Assembly: GCA_951406725.2 (NCBI GenBank)
Contig: OX597826.1
Location: 64,170,001-64,234,000, forward strand
DNA: 64,000 nucleotides
DNA from: Octopus vulgaris
Taxonomy: Eukaryota
Direction of reading: 5' to 3'
Shown here: positions 1 through 64,000 of the stretch, in pieces
Layout of the letters: each line of letters starts with the position of its first letter
How positions within the stretch are numbered: the stretch's first letter is position 1
The notes under the pieces: generated by a model
The model's database searches: none
What the model saw: the letters and a program-made list of their open reading frames with translations, nothing else
What the model was told of the DNA's origin: nothing
Translations under genes and position numbers: made by a program

Positions 1-153
1 TTTTAATCGATTAGACTGACTCAATGATTGGTACTTATTTTATTGAGCTTGGAAGAATTAGAACTCAGGAAATAAAGGAATGTAACTAAATATCACGGGG
101 CATGTTCAAACAATTCTACCATTCCACTGACTTCTGTAGAATAACTGATTTTT

Positions 154-212
<59 letters not shown>

Positions 213-236
213 GTATGTGTGTGTGTGTGTGTGTGT

Positions 237-547
237 GTGGAGGCGCAATGGCCTAGTGATTAGAGCAGCGGACTCGCGGTCGTAGGATCGCGGTTTCGAT
301 TCCCAGACCGGGCGTTGTGAGTGTTTATTGAGCGAAAACACCTAAAGCTCCACGAGGCTCTGGCATGGGGTGGTGGCAATCCCTGCTGTACTCTTTCGCC
401 ACAACTTTCTCTCACTCTTTCTTCTGTTGGACTGCTCGTTTAGCCAGTGGGGTGGCGTCATTTGAAGGCTAAAACAATGCGAAATGCATTGTGACCAGCG
501 ATGTGTAACAATATCTTATGGCCTGGTCGGTCACGGTGATCACGGTG

Positions 548-549
<2 letters not shown>
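237..549 (+). mobile_element. tRNA-derived SINE family A (second copy 43022-43328)
   Basis: A box tggcctagtg(a/g)ttag, B-box-like gtttcgattcc; two near-identical copies. Confidence 0.8.
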
Positions 550-610
<61 letters not shown>

Positions 611-1330
611 AAGAGACAGATAGATATGTATATAAGACATCTGTGTTTGTCATACTCTCATACTTTAGCTTTTCAACATCTGACATAAAGTCACCTTCCT
701 CTCTTAAATGCTCTCCCTTCCTCACTCAGTTATGGACTTCTTTTCCTTTTAAACTGTTCCTTCTCTGTCTTTGCAAGTTACTTGTCATCCTCGTTAGTGC
801 AACAGCATGAGTAAGGGCATCCATTCAGCCATAGAAATCATGCCAAAACTAACACTGGGGCTTGGCACAGCCCTCAGGATCAATAGGTCCTGTCAAACCA
901 TTCAACCCACACCAGCATGGAAAATGGATGACAAAGACAGGGAACTTGCAACGTGAAAAGGAAAAAGGTTTAATAACCCTTATATATTTCAAGTACAATG
1001 GTCCATCATCAGAAATAAAGAATGACAAAATGTTAGTCTACAGTACTGGCCTGTACTCCCACCTAAAATATCAAAATGTGAGTTTTTTTTCCAGGAGAGG
1101 AGGGAAATGAACTGCATCTACTTTCATTCAATAATGTTTGTTATGTTCATAAAATGAAGAACTTACCATCAGGTTTCTCTAACATGGTTTGCAGCAAACT
1201 TACATTGTAAATTATTCTACACAATTAATCTACACAGTGTAAATTAGTCCTAATACAATCACCTAATCACAGACAAATGAAGTGATGATATATAAAGCCA
1301 AAAAAAAAACAAAAAAAAGAAGCTATATAC

Positions 1331-63815
<62,485 letters not shown>

Positions 63816-64000
63816 GTCTCACAAATGTTGTTGATTCTGTAATTGAAAAAGAGAATAAAAAATTAATACCATGTTTGCTGCTGCATGTATGATGCACTCT
63901 TGCATAAGACACACTTATTTCACAAGGCACAGGAGTGGTTGTGTAGTAAGTAGCTTGCTTACCAACCACACGGTTCCGTGTTCAGTCCCACTACGTGGCA

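Noticed and set aside
237-320. Apparent tRNA genes at SINE heads (also 43022, 39230-39302, 62073)
   Set aside because: A/B boxes are present but there is no proper cloverleaf, and each continues into a repeated SINE body.
1160-1210. gtaagt donor-like sites downstream of exon 23
   Set aside because: No frame gives the expected SDR YxxxK segment; the next exon is probably outside the window.

Overview
AT-rich, microsatellite- and transposon-dense animal genomic DNA; the repeat landscape resembles an octopus genome, but that assignment is inference. Almost the whole window is one intron-rich minus-strand gene that the ORF track shows only in fragments. I assembled 23 coding exons by hand (ATG at 63815 down to 1331; all GT-AG introns, phases consistent; 3546 nt = 1182 codons). 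The 3' end lies beyond the left edge. The product is an NRPS-like protein with architecture adenylation - thiolation(PCP) - thioester reductase - second SDR reductase (A-T-R-R). This is the layout of fungal glycine-betaine reductase ATRR, and the A domain lacks the amino-binding Asp (NVFFIWE). The introns hold RTE, Penelope-like (with minimal hammerhead ribozymes), R4/Dong-like, CR1, Tc1/mariner, Helitron and piggyBac-like MITE relics, several SINE families, a tRNA-Asp-headed retro-insertion and long hairpins. Repeat boundaries are approximate; exon boundaries were read to the base.
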